Source of the DNA: an uncultured Dehalococcoidia bacterium
GTDB lineage: Bacteria; Chloroflexota; Dehalococcoidia; Lucifugimonadales; UBA1123
Assembly: GCA_964640295.1 (NCBI GenBank)
Contig: CAZXFX010000002.1
Location: 5,758 to 69,757 of the forward strand
Direction of reading: 5' to 3'
DNA: 64,000 nt
Every line of letters begins with the position of its first letter. Position 1 is the first letter of the stretch. Both the position numbers and the translations under genes were made by a program. The notes under the pieces are model-generated. The model was not told the DNA's origin, made no database searches, and saw only the letters and a list, made by a program, of their open reading frames with translations. This document shows, in pieces, positions 18,866 through 28,485 of this stretch.

Positions 18866-19827
18866 AGTCGCCTCAGCCGGGGATTTATGACCTCGTCCAA
18901 GGAACGGCCCACCAGATAGAAGGATGAACACAAAAGCGTTATAGAAAGACTAGCGGGGAAGATGAGCCACCAGTACTCGGTTACCTGAAGAAGGTATCCG
19001 GCTGACTCGGTGGTGTGGATCATCAGTCCCCAACTCATGCGAATGTTGAGAAGTCCCAGAAAACTGAGAATCGCCTCTGAGAAGATGGCCCCTGTTACAG
19101 TGAACATCATGTACAGAAACGAGAGCGGCAATAGATTTGGAACTATGTGAACGAAGATGATGTGAAACGGACCGCCGCCGGCTATTCGAGCCGCCTCGAT
19201 GTATGGCTTGACTACTATCGAGAGAGCCTGAGACTTGAGCACGACCCCCGTCCCGCCGAATCCGGACAGAACCCCGATTATGAGCGCAAGCTCGAAATGT
19301 TCGACGCCGATGAGCGCGCTCAGGACTATCAGCACGCTTATGCCCGGCATCATAATCATGATGTCCGCGAGCCGCATCAGCAGCATATCCACGACGCCCC
19401 CAAAGTAGGCTGAAATCGCGCCGACAGCGGTTCCAATCGTAACGGTGACGACTGCCGCCAGCAGGCCAAGCAGAAATTCCGACCTCGCGCTGTACATGAG
19501 CTGGCTCAGTACGTCTCTGCCCAGCGGGTCTGTGCCGAGAGGGTGGCTCAGGCTCGGCGGCGCCGGCTGCCGCGTCTCGTCGAATGAGTAGCCCACCACT
19601 GGATCGTAGATGCGGGGGTCCCACACGAAGTTCATTAGGATGGGATGCGCCATAGCCAGCAGCGCGTAGAAGACTATCAGCGCCAGCCCGATAACCCCAA
19701 TTCGCGCGCCCAGAAACAGCGACCAGTTCCGCTTAAAATCCCGCGTCGCAAGCCCAAGCCGAGCTTTCCAGATAGAATCAGGGGCCTGGAGTTCGGGATA
19801 TGGGGTAGGGGATTCGGAATTTAGCAT
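18862..19827 (-). CDS. peptide ABC transporter permease (OppC/DppC type)
   Basis: 321-aa polytopic membrane ORF with a binding-protein-dependent transport signature region (EAARIAGGGPFHIIFVHIVPN). Confidence 0.88.
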   Translation of the reverse strand: MLNSESPTPYPELQAPDSIWKARLGLATRDFKRNWSLFLGARIGVIGLALIVFYALLAMAHPILMNFVWDPRIYDPVVGYSFDETRQPAPPSLSHPLGTDPLGRDVLSQLMYSARSEFLLGLLAAVVTVTIGTAVGAISAYFGGVVDMLLMRLADIMIMMPGISVLIVLSALIGVEHFELALIIGVLSGFGGTGVVLKSQALSIVVKPYIEAARIAGGGPFHIIFVHIVPNLLPLSFLYMMFTVTGAIFSEAILSFLGLLNIRMSWGLMIHTTESAGYLLQVTEYWWLIFPASLSITLLCSSFYLVGRSLDEVINPRLRRL

Positions 19828-20621
19828 GGATCAGGCTTCTTGGGATCGAAAGGCTGATTACATGATCGAATAATGGGGATGAACGGCGCTGCAAAATCCC
19901 AGCGTTTTTCCCAACAGGTGTTGTCAACAGTGCTTTTAGAGTAGTTCTTTAGAATGCGCTTCCAGTCCTCTTCGGACTTGAAAATAGGACTATCGCAAGC
20001 CATATCTCGGGCGTTCAGGAAACCAAGATAAACCAAAACTACGGGTACGCCGAGCGATGCGATTTTCCATGACCATGCGAACCTGTTGGATAGCTGGTAG
20101 TGTCCGCATAGGGATAGATTCCAATTGCCGTTGGTTTTTTGTTGAAGATTGTCGTTTGCTTCAGATATGGCTTTGCCGATGCGTTGAAAGTTTTTCGGAT
20201 TCTTGCTGCTGTAATTGTTCGGTTCGGTCAACTCGGTTTCGTGAGCCTTTGCCTCTATGAGGATAAGCCCACGCTCTCCCTTGATAGCGCATGTGCTGGC
20301 AATATCCCAGTTCGGCGTATTTCCTCCATGGCATAGCCACCATTCCCGAAGCTGATTCCGGATTTCGGGGTACACAAGGCAGTTCGCTTTGTCTAGCCGC
20401 GCTTCGTTCGCCGGTGTCTTGTCCCATGAGCCGTCTTCTTTCTGACATGGTTTGCCATACGGTATCCAATTGTCACCGGGGGACACTGTTACGTAGTTGG
20501 GAAGGCCGACCAACTTAGTAAGCCGTCTAGCGACTTCTTCACGCTCCCCGTCCATGAAGAGAATGCAGCGAGGCCGACTTCCACGACGTTCTTTCTTTGG
20601 GAGTTGTTTTAGCCAACTCAT
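19821..20621 (-). CDS. PD-(D/E)XK-like hypothetical protein nested inside the peptide ABC operon
   Basis: 266-aa ORF with WDIASTCAIKGERGLILIEAKAH (a D...ExK arrangement). It is a low-G+C patch between the two permease genes. Its last codons overlap the oppC-type ATG by 7 nt. Confidence 0.5.
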   Translation of the reverse strand: MSWLKQLPKKERRGSRPRCILFMDGEREEVARRLTKLVGLPNYVTVSPGDNWIPYGKPCQKEDGSWDKTPANEARLDKANCLVYPEIRNQLREWWLCHGGNTPNWDIASTCAIKGERGLILIEAKAHETELTEPNNYSSKNPKNFQRIGKAISEANDNLQQKTNGNWNLSLCGHYQLSNRFAWSWKIASLGVPVVLVYLGFLNARDMACDSPIFKSEEDWKRILKNYSKSTVDNTCWEKRWDFAAPFIPIIRSCNQPFDPKKPDPC

Positions 20622-20675
20622 GTTCTCACCCCCAATCCTGTCTGTCCTGAAATTCCGTAAATCACAGTTCAGACA

Positions 20676-21824
20676 TCAATACCGTATCCTCGGATCCAGA
20701 TACACGTACAGAACATCCGCGACCAGATGCGCTACCAGCACGAATATCCCCACGAAGACGAACGCGCCTACGGCGAGAGGCAGGTCTTCGGAGACCGCCG
20801 CCGAAACCAGTGTCTGCCCCATGCCGGGCCACGAGAAGATAGACTCGATTATCACGCCGCCGTCAATCGCGAAGGCCAGGCTGAACACGAAGCTCGTCAC
20901 CACGGGGAGCAGCGCGTTTCGCGCCACGTGCGCGTCTCGCACCCGCTTCTCTGGCAGACCTTTGGCGCGCGCCGCTATTACGAAATCTTCGCGCATCGTC
21001 TCCAGCATACTGTTTCGAGTCAACAGCATCGTCCCCGCGAAGCTGATCAGCGCGAGCGTGAGGACGGGCAGGATCATGTGCGACACGATGTCCCACGCCA
21101 GATAGCCGATTCCGCTTGCCAGCCAAGCGCCCGCTCCGACCAGCAGAGAAATGGCGACACTCCCCCACTGAATATATGAAGCGCCCGGAACGCGCTTTCT
21201 GGATGTGAACAGAAACGCCGCGAACGCAACCGCCGACACCGCTATCGCGGTCAGTATCATGCGGTTGAACACAGCGTTCGCGTCCGTCGGCGCGTCCCGC
21301 CACACTACCGGGTCCAGGAACTTGCCTATCGGGAACCAGCCCGCCTTGAACGCGAACAGCCAGATCATCATCAGCCCGAACCAGGGCGTGAACACCGTGT
21401 ACAGCGTCACGCCCCCTATCGTTGAGGTATATTCCGCCCAACTGCCCCTGCGCCACGCGATTATCTTCCCCAGCCCGAAGCCCAGATAGAACGATACCAC
21501 AGTGGCGGTCAGGAACAGCATGAGCGTGCGCGGAAGACGTTCGGCTATGACGTCCGCCACGCTTCTGGGATAGTGCGTGAACGATACCCCCAGATTTCCG
21601 GTCAGCGTGTTTCTGACATGGGTGAGATACCGCTTCCAGAGCGGCTCGTTGACTCCGAACATATCGCGAAGCCGCTCCCTAGTCTCCGGCGGCAGATCCG
21701 GGTCCAAAGCGTACACGTTGCTGAGGTCGCCCGGCTGCGCGTTCACCACGAAGAACACGATGGACAAGAACGCGAACAGAGTCAGAAGAATCTGCGCGCT
21801 CCTCTTCAGGATGTATATGATCAT
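20676..21824 (-). CDS. peptide ABC transporter permease (OppB/DppB type)
   Basis: 382-aa polytopic membrane ORF with MIIYILKRSAQILLTLF at the N-terminus and REDFVIAARAKGLPEKRV (EAA-loop region). Confidence 0.88.
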   Translation of the reverse strand: MIIYILKRSAQILLTLFAFLSIVFFVVNAQPGDLSNVYALDPDLPPETRERLRDMFGVNEPLWKRYLTHVRNTLTGNLGVSFTHYPRSVADVIAERLPRTLMLFLTATVVSFYLGFGLGKIIAWRRGSWAEYTSTIGGVTLYTVFTPWFGLMMIWLFAFKAGWFPIGKFLDPVVWRDAPTDANAVFNRMILTAIAVSAVAFAAFLFTSRKRVPGASYIQWGSVAISLLVGAGAWLASGIGYLAWDIVSHMILPVLTLALISFAGTMLLTRNSMLETMREDFVIAARAKGLPEKRVRDAHVARNALLPVVTSFVFSLAFAIDGGVIIESIFSWPGMGQTLVSAAVSEDLPLAVGAFVFVGIFVLVAHLVADVLYVYLDPRIRY

Positions 21825-21831
21825 CTTACGG

Positions 21832-23964
21832 CTACTTGATCACCGCTATCGTCTGCATTCCGTTCGCGTTTACTATGCCCCCCAGAACGGACGTGTACGG
21901 ATAGTCCACCCTGGACGGCCTGTAAGCGTCCAGCTTTGGAGTTGTGAACAGCGGAACGTATGGCAAGTCTTCGGCCAGGTACTCCTGTATCCTGAAGACC
22001 TTCTCTCTCGCCGACTCTACGCTCGTTTCGGACAGCAGGCTGAAGGCGAGGTCGTCGAACTCGGGGTTCGCGTATCCGCCCCAGTTGTAACCGCCCTCTT
22101 CATTTTCAGGCGCGTGGCGGGAGTGGAAGAAGTTCTCGACATAATCCGGGAACAGCGAAAGGCTCCAGCCCAGCATCCACATATCCAGGTCTTCCTGCAC
22201 CGTGTCGCTGAACAGGTTGTCTATGATCACATTGAATCCGACCAGGTTGGCGCGCGCCGGTATGCCTACATCGTTCAGCCATCGCTCTATCCAGATGGCG
22301 AACGTAGCCCTGAGCGGGTCGTAGCCCGCGCTGGGCGACATGAGTCGCAGTTCCGGTAGTTCTTCGCCGTCTGGCCCTTTCAATCCCTTGCCCTGAGATG
22401 CTACGAAATTTCCGTCCTCGCTCATTTCCGGCTCTTGCTCGAAAGTGAAGCCCGCGCTCTTGAGCAACTCCACCGCCCGCTCTATCCGCTCGGTTCTGGC
22501 CATTCCTCTGCCAAACTGCGGAACATCCTCGTTGTGCCAGAAGGCGTTGCCTTCCGGAACTGTGGAGTACATCGGAATCGCGGCGTCCTGGAGAATCGTC
22601 TGAGAGACGAACTCCTTGTCTATAAGCGTAGCCACCGCCTGGCGAAACTCTTTGTGGCTCATCGGAGCTTTTCGAGTGTTGAACCCCAGATAGAGCATGC
22701 CGTTGTCGGTGTTGGAGAGTATCGTAAGGTCTTCCGAGGCCGTGACGCGGTCCTGGAACCCCTTTTCCATTCCAATCGGATTGAACAGGTAGTCAATATC
22801 GCCGTTGGCGAGGGCGAGTATCGCCGCGTCCTGGTTGCCATAGATGCTGAACAGCGCGGTGTCCATGTGCGGGCCAACTTCGTATTCGAGCGTCTTTTCC
22901 CCTTCTGCTTCGCCATAGAACGTGGATGTGTATCCAAGCCTGTCGCTCGTCTCTGAGTACGCTCCGTTCTCGTACTGCGTGACTACTGCGCCCTTGCGCG
23001 AATAGTTCGGATCTGCGTCCTTTTCATAGAATGCGCCCGGTTCCCACTTCTTGAATGTGAAACCGCCCATAGTCGGTTCTCCGTCCGGAACATGAGCGAA
23101 CAGAGCCTCTATCCGCTGTTCCACGTCCCCCGCGAGCTTGGCTTGCTCGACGATGGGCGCCCAGTAATGTTCCGGCATAATCGGCATGAATCCGAGTCCG
23201 AACTGCCAGACGCTCAGCCCGGGCGCCTGGGGGTTGCCTTCATCGTCTGTCGCTTTGAAGAAAGCCTTCAGCCGGTAGTCCCCGAGTGCCTCCACACGCT
23301 CGACGAAAGCGCCGTCCACAGAGCTGGCCCACCCCGAACCTAGCTGCATATCCAGGACTGTATTCACAGTAAAGACAAAGTCGGCGGCGGTCACCGCTTC
23401 GCCGTCGCTCCATTCGATGCCCTCTTTCATGGGGACCTCAGCCGTCCAGTACTCGGAGCCAGCTACCGTCTCTCTTGTCAACTCAGTTGGGAAGTCTGAG
23501 GCTATGCTTGGAATCCAATCGAAACGCTGGTCTGAGTAACCGTAGAGCGCTCCAGTGTTCCCTGTAAGGACGTACCCAGTCCATGCAGAACCGCCAGGGC
23601 CGCCCATGAAGTTCCAGTAATTACGGGTAATCGGCTCTTCGAACAGTCCCATCTGATAGATCGAGGGACCGGACATTGGCTTGACAGCGCCCGGTTCAGG
23701 TTCCTTCACTACCTCAACGATCTTCTCGACTTCGACAATTTTCTCCACCTCGACGGGCACCATCACTTCCCTGATGACCTCCACCTCTTTTTCGACGACC
23801 TTCTCCACCTCGATAGGCACTTCCTTGATGATCTCGACAGGTTCGTTCGAGCAGGCAATAGCTGAAGCTGCTATCATCGCAATGAAAGGCGCAGTCATCC
23901 ATCTGAAGCTTTTGAGTGTTCTCATTCTGAGGCCAGTCCTTTCAAAAGGTCTCTCTTCTGTCAA
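21832..23964 (-). CDS. ABC transporter substrate-binding lipoprotein (family 5, peptide/nickel type)
   Basis: 710-aa ORF with a lipobox-like AASAIACS followed by a Glu/Val/Lys-rich linker, then a family-5 SBP-like body. An alternative start at ATG 23925 (MRTLKSF) is possible. Confidence 0.8.
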   Translation of the reverse strand: MTEERPFERTGLRMRTLKSFRWMTAPFIAMIAASAIACSNEPVEIIKEVPIEVEKVVEKEVEVIREVMVPVEVEKIVEVEKIVEVVKEPEPGAVKPMSGPSIYQMGLFEEPITRNYWNFMGGPGGSAWTGYVLTGNTGALYGYSDQRFDWIPSIASDFPTELTRETVAGSEYWTAEVPMKEGIEWSDGEAVTAADFVFTVNTVLDMQLGSGWASSVDGAFVERVEALGDYRLKAFFKATDDEGNPQAPGLSVWQFGLGFMPIMPEHYWAPIVEQAKLAGDVEQRIEALFAHVPDGEPTMGGFTFKKWEPGAFYEKDADPNYSRKGAVVTQYENGAYSETSDRLGYTSTFYGEAEGEKTLEYEVGPHMDTALFSIYGNQDAAILALANGDIDYLFNPIGMEKGFQDRVTASEDLTILSNTDNGMLYLGFNTRKAPMSHKEFRQAVATLIDKEFVSQTILQDAAIPMYSTVPEGNAFWHNEDVPQFGRGMARTERIERAVELLKSAGFTFEQEPEMSEDGNFVASQGKGLKGPDGEELPELRLMSPSAGYDPLRATFAIWIERWLNDVGIPARANLVGFNVIIDNLFSDTVQEDLDMWMLGWSLSLFPDYVENFFHSRHAPENEEGGYNWGGYANPEFDDLAFSLLSETSVESAREKVFRIQEYLAEDLPYVPLFTTPKLDAYRPSRVDYPYTSVLGGIVNANGMQTIAVIK

Positions 23965-23994
23965 GGCGCGATTGACTAACTTGTTGCGTGTGGC

Positions 23995-24729
23995 TCAGTC
24001 ACTTCCGCTGGGCGCGAGAGCCTGAAATCGAGTCTCCGCCGCGCGCCCGCCCTTCTTTCGCGGGGGAAGTTCTCTGATCTTAGCAGCCAACTCAGCCACT
24101 CTAGCCGAATCTGAGAGCGAGACCACAATCGCGTCAACGCCGGCGTCTCTCAGAGACGCCAGGCCCGCGGTCGTGACCACAGATGGGCATTCCAAAATAA
24201 GGACGCCGCCAACTGAAGCTCCCACACGCCCGATTTCTACCAGATCCTTGTAAGCTATTTCGGAAAGGTTAGCCTGCGGTCGGATTAGCGAACCACTTGC
24301 CCCCAATCCTCTCAGCGCGAGAGCTGTCTCCCTGTCTGGGGCTTCCTCCAGCTCTACAATCGTGGCGGTATCCGCCTGGCTGGCTATCGCGGCGGGCGCG
24401 GTTTCGATATCTATGATGAAGAAATCGCAGCCATTGTCCGCGAGACTCTCCACGTCATCATTGGTTATGCGCCCGGGTCCGACGCCCCAGACCACATCTT
24501 CTTTCCGTTCGCATTCTGTAATAGAATCCGCGTCGTTCGCGTCCAGTATGACCGCGCTAACGGCGTCGCCCTCGATGGAGTCGAGAAATTCCGATAATCT
24601 GGACGCAGGCGCCTCGCCAATGAGCGCCATACTTGGAGACGATTCGACTCTGGAAGCCAACGCTCCAAATCCGAGCGGTTGCTGGGCCTGCTGTCCGAGT
24701 TTCCTAATCAGTTCGATCAGTTTGCTCAT
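23995..24729 (-). CDS. hypothetical protein (no family recognised)
   Basis: 244-aa ORF with coding-like composition, immediately upstream and co-oriented with the ABC operon. No motif recognised. Confidence 0.45.
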   Translation of the reverse strand: MSKLIELIRKLGQQAQQPLGFGALASRVESSPSMALIGEAPASRLSEFLDSIEGDAVSAVILDANDADSITECERKEDVVWGVGPGRITNDDVESLADNGCDFFIIDIETAPAAIASQADTATIVELEEAPDRETALALRGLGASGSLIRPQANLSEIAYKDLVEIGRVGASVGGVLILECPSVVTTAGLASLRDAGVDAIVVSLSDSARVAELAAKIRELPPRKKGGRAAETRFQALAPSGSD

Positions 24730-24895
24730 GTCTATGTAGCGTCCTCCGCTTTGCAGGATAAAGTGTTTACTGAGCGCGATTCTAATTGTTAATCCCCAAT
24801 CTCTTCAAGAGCGCCGGACTTTCGCGCCGCAGATCGGGCATTCTTGACTACGCTTTCGGGCGTATGCTAGTTTTTTCTCATGTTCACAGTCTCAA

Positions 24896-25135
24896 AGGCT
24901 GAGAGTGGGAGTAGTAGGAAGAGGTCTGCCTCAGAGAGTCGGGGACGGTGAGATCCCGATGCGAAAGATCATTCTGAACTCGCCCATGAGCCTTCGTCCT
25001 GAGCCGATGCAGGGGTAGGGGCGGACGGAGTGCGCCGTTATCGCATAATGAGCGTCCGCGTTTAGTGGAAACTAGGGTGGTACCGCGGGTAGATATTTCG
25101 GCCCGTCCCTTGATTGGGGCGGGTTTTCTCGTTTG
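24896..25135 (+). promoter_or_regulatory. T-box leader riboswitch (tRNA-Leu-responsive) with terminator, upstream of leuS
   Basis: AGAGAGTCGGGGACGGTGAGA matches Stem I elements. Candidate specifier CUC (Leu) lies at 24979-24981 in a GAACUCG context. The conserved T-box AGGGUGGUACCGCG is at 25074-25087. A terminator stem GCCCGTCCC/GGGGCGGGT is followed by TTTTCTCGTTT (25101-25135). The 5' boundary is approximate. Confidence 0.8.
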
Positions 25136-25183
25136 AGACGAGACAATTCGCGCTCCGCCGCCAATATGGAGGAACCGTTAGCC

Positions 25184-27652
25184 ATGTCAACCACAGAGCA
25201 GTCTCGCACCGCATACGGGCACAGGGAAATGCAGTCCAAGTGGCAGGATCGCTGGGGAAGGGACGGCATCTACAAGGTGCTCGACGACGATCCAAAACCT
25301 AAGTGGTACGAGCTTCATATGTATCCCTACCCGTCGGGAGACCTGCACATCGGGCACTGGTATGCGATGTCTGGCGCCGATGTCCGCGCCCGATTCATGC
25401 GGATGAAAGGCTACAACGTTCTGCATCCGATGGGGTTCGACGCGTTTGGACTAAACGCCGAAAACGCCGCCATCAACAACGACGTGCACCCCTATCAGTG
25501 GACTATGTCGAACATCGAGAATATGCGTCGCCAGCTCAGATCCATGGGGCCGATGTATGACTGGGACCGCGAGGTCGTCACCTGTACTCCCGACTACTAT
25601 AAGTGGAATCAGTGGTTCTTCCTGCTGCTGTACAAGAACGGATTGGCTTATAGATCGGACGCGCCGGTCAATTGGTGCGTTTCCTGCCAGACGGTGCTCG
25701 CCAACGAGCAGGTGATAGACGGCGAGTGCGAACGATGCGACAGCATGGTCGAACAGAGGAACATGGAGCAGTGGTTCTTCAGGATTACCGAGTACGCTGA
25801 AGAATTGCTGGATAACTCCAAGATGGAGTGGCCGGAGCGCATCAACTCGATGCAGACCAACTGGATTGGACGCTCCGAGGGAGTGGAGATAGAATTCGAC
25901 ATCTCCGAGTATGGGCTGGAACAGGAATCAGTCCGCACGTTCACCACTCGCATAGATACGGTCTATGGGGTGACTTTCATAGCTATCGCCCCCGAGCACC
26001 CTCTGGTTATGCGGCTAACCACAGATGAACGCCGCTCCGAGGTTGAGGAATATATCCGGCAGACGCGGCTCCAAACCGAGATCGAGCGCCTGTCCACTGA
26101 AAAGGAGAAGACGGGCGCGCTCACGGGGGCATACGCCACCAACAAGCTGAATGGAGAGCGAGTCCCGATTCTGGTAGCGGACTATGTTCTGCTGAGCTAT
26201 GGCACCGGCGTCGTCATGGGCGTTCCCGCGCATGACGAACGGGACTTCATCTTCGCCAAGAAGTATGACTTGCCGATCAGGGTCGTCGTGGCGCCGCCCG
26301 ATTGGGACGGTTCCGATCTACAAGAGGCGTACATCCCCGAAGGAACTCAGGTCAACTCCGCGCAGTTCGACGGACTGCCCAGCTCCGAAGGCAAGGAGCG
26401 TATTGCCGACTACATCGAAGAGAATGGGTGGGGGCAGCGCGAGGTAAACTATCGTATGCGCGATTGGCTTATCAGCCGCCAGCGCTATTGGGGCACTCCC
26501 ATACCGGTAGTATATTGCGAACGATGCGGAGAGGTACCGGTGCCCGAATCCGACCTGCCTGTGCTGCTGCCTGAAGACGCGGAGTTCCTGCCCACCGGAG
26601 ACTCGCCGCTGGCTCTGAATGAGGGATTCGTAAACGTGTCTTGCCCCGATTGTGGCGTAACCGCCAAGCGCGAGACCGACACTATGGACACGTTTGTGGA
26701 CTCATCCTGGTATTTTCTGCGCTACGCCAGCCCCAATTTCGAGGACGGCCCGTTCGACCCGGATGTGCTGAACCTCTGGAATCCGGTTGATCAGTACACG
26801 GGAGGCGTCGAGCACGCCGTGATGCACCTGCTTTACTCTCGCTTCTTCGTCAAGGCGCTGCGCGATCTGGGTATGTTGAACTTCGACGAGCCTTTCCTGC
26901 GCCTGCTGAATCAAGGGACGATACTCCATAACGGCCAGAAGATGAGCAAGTCGCGCGGGAACGTGATAGCGCCGGATGACTATGTGAGTGAACTGGGCGC
27001 TGACGTAGTGCGCGCGTATCTGATGTTCATGGGGCCGTGGGAGCGAGGCGGCGACTGGAGCGATGGCGGCATCAACGGTGTAGCCCGCTGGACGAACCGC
27101 GTATGGGACATCTGCAACCGCGACTCGCGCCTTCTGGACGATCTGCCCACTGAGACCGACTCTGTCGCAAACCTGCGTCGGGACCTGCACAAGACTATCC
27201 GTAGAGTTGGGGAAGACATAGAAAGCTTTAAGTTCAATACGGCCATAGCCGCGATGATGGAATTCTCGAACTCGCTCAACCAGGCGTGGGAGCGAAAAGA
27301 TGTTGATTCCGAGGTCTGGAACGAATCGCTAAAGTCCCTGGCCCTTATGCTGTCGCCCATAGCTCCGTTCCTGGCGGAAGAGATATGGGAGCGACTCGGC
27401 CATTCGTACAGCGTTCATCAGCAGAACTGGCCGGACTGGGATCCTGAACTGGCCGCCGACGAGATGATTACGCTGGTCGTTCAGGTAAACGGAAGGCTGC
27501 GCGACCGGATGGAAGTTCCCGCCGACATATCGGAAGAGGACGCGCGCGGAAGGGCGCTGGAGTCTGAGCGCGTCAAGGCGCATACCGAGGGTAAGACGGT
27601 GCGCCGCGTGATCTATGTTCCGGGTCGGCTGGTGAACGTAGTGGCGAGTTGA
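25184..27652 (+). CDS. leuS: leucine--tRNA ligase
   Basis: HIGH-type PSGDLHIGH and a KMSKS motif are present, with class Ia LeuS blocks throughout. ATG 25184 with a GGAGGA RBS is preferred because ORF-track start 25133 lies inside the T-box terminator. Confidence 0.95.
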   Translation: MSTTEQSRTAYGHREMQSKWQDRWGRDGIYKVLDDDPKPKWYELHMYPYPSGDLHIGHWYAMSGADVRARFMRMKGYNVLHPMGFDAFGLNAENAAINNDVHPYQWTMSNIENMRRQLRSMGPMYDWDREVVTCTPDYYKWNQWFFLLLYKNGLAYRSDAPVNWCVSCQTVLANEQVIDGECERCDSMVEQRNMEQWFFRITEYAEELLDNSKMEWPERINSMQTNWIGRSEGVEIEFDISEYGLEQESVRTFTTRIDTVYGVTFIAIAPEHPLVMRLTTDERRSEVEEYIRQTRLQTEIERLSTEKEKTGALTGAYATNKLNGERVPILVADYVLLSYGTGVVMGVPAHDERDFIFAKKYDLPIRVVVAPPDWDGSDLQEAYIPEGTQVNSAQFDGLPSSEGKERIADYIEENGWGQREVNYRMRDWLISRQRYWGTPIPVVYCERCGEVPVPESDLPVLLPEDAEFLPTGDSPLALNEGFVNVSCPDCGVTAKRETDTMDTFVDSSWYFLRYASPNFEDGPFDPDVLNLWNPVDQYTGGVEHAVMHLLYSRFFVKALRDLGMLNFDEPFLRLLNQGTILHNGQKMSKSRGNVIAPDDYVSELGADVVRAYLMFMGPWERGGDWSDGGINGVARWTNRVWDICNRDSRLLDDLPTETDSVANLRRDLHKTIRRVGEDIESFKFNTAIAAMMEFSNSLNQAWERKDVDSEVWNESLKSLALMLSPIAPFLAEEIWERLGHSYSVHQQNWPDWDPELAADEMITLVVQVNGRLRDRMEVPADISEEDARGRALESERVKAHTEGKTVRRVIYVPGRLVNVVAS

Positions 27653-28485
27653 GCTTGGCTGTCTCTAAGAGCGCCTTCGCGAAGTCGCTAATTACTCTCG
27701 CCTCTACGCTGTCGGACTACGTAAGCACAGATTCTGGTGAGTGGGTCATCAAGGGGTTTATAGATACCCGTAAGGATATCTATACAATTTCGTCAGATAC
27801 GAAAGTCGTGTCCAAGATATTGGAAATCCACTTATTTCCAAAGATACTCGCATTCGCTGAGGAGAATCGATTCGAAGTCGTCTTGGCAGACCACCAAAAC
27901 TACTACCCTGATCTGTCATTCGTCTCTAAGATAGACCGAGATGTTAAGTTTGCGGTAGATTTCAAGACAACTTATCGAAATACTAGGAGACCATGGTTGT
28001 GTAACGGTTTCACATTGGGCTCACATGGCAAATATTTTACAGACCGTACCAGCTCTAAGAACATCCAGTTTCCTTATGGATCATACTCGGGACACTTCTG
28101 TTTGGGAATAATCTATGATCGCTTGGAATCCGGCAAAATTGACGAGACTAGATCGTGGCAACTCTCGGAGTTGAACTCTATTGCTTCCGTTATTTCCAAC
28201 TTTCAGTTCTTTGTAGCTGAGAAATGGAGAATCGCAAGCGATAAGAGAGGCTCTGGGAACACGGCGAACATCGGCAGTATTCAGAGAATTGAGGACATCG
28301 CTTCAGGAAATGGTATGTTCGCCAAGCTCGGAGAAGATTGGTTTGACGACTATTGGATGAATTACGGCAAGATTACTATCAGGACTCAGCATGGCGAGAC
28401 CAAGAGAATCACCTCACTGGAAGAGTTTGTCGCCTACCGCGGGGGCGACACGTCTTTGATAATGCCCAGAAATAACTCAGCATGA
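27649..28485 (+). CDS. type II restriction endonuclease, EcoRV family
   Basis: 278-aa ORF alignable by eye to EcoRV (recalled). Matching blocks are SSDTKVVSKILE, QNYYPDLSF plus FAVDFKTTY (the PD...DxK catalytic motif), the GSGNTANIGSI recognition loop, and DYWMNY. TTG start overlaps the leuS TGA (TTGA). Low G+C. Confidence 0.85.
   Translation: MSLAVSKSAFAKSLITLASTLSDYVSTDSGEWVIKGFIDTRKDIYTISSDTKVVSKILEIHLFPKILAFAEENRFEVVLADHQNYYPDLSFVSKIDRDVKFAVDFKTTYRNTRRPWLCNGFTLGSHGKYFTDRTSSKNIQFPYGSYSGHFCLGIIYDRLESGKIDETRSWQLSELNSIASVISNFQFFVAEKWRIASDKRGSGNTANIGSIQRIEDIASGNGMFAKLGEDWFDDYWMNYGKITIRTQHGETKRITSLEEFVAYRGGDTSLIMPRNNSA

Noticed and set aside
23690-23830. Repetitive DNA (recurring TTCTCCACCTCGA-like units) that looked like a short tandem repeat element
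   Set aside because: It is in frame within the binding-protein gene. It encodes the Glu/Val/Lys-rich linker (VEKVVEKEVEV...VEVEKIVEVEKIVEV) after the lipobox, so it is low-complexity coding sequence and not a separate element.
25133-25183. ORF-track start of leuS at 25133
   Set aside because: The extension would begin inside the T-box terminator hairpin and U-tract. ATG 25184 has a GGAGGA RBS and matches the usual LeuS N-terminus.
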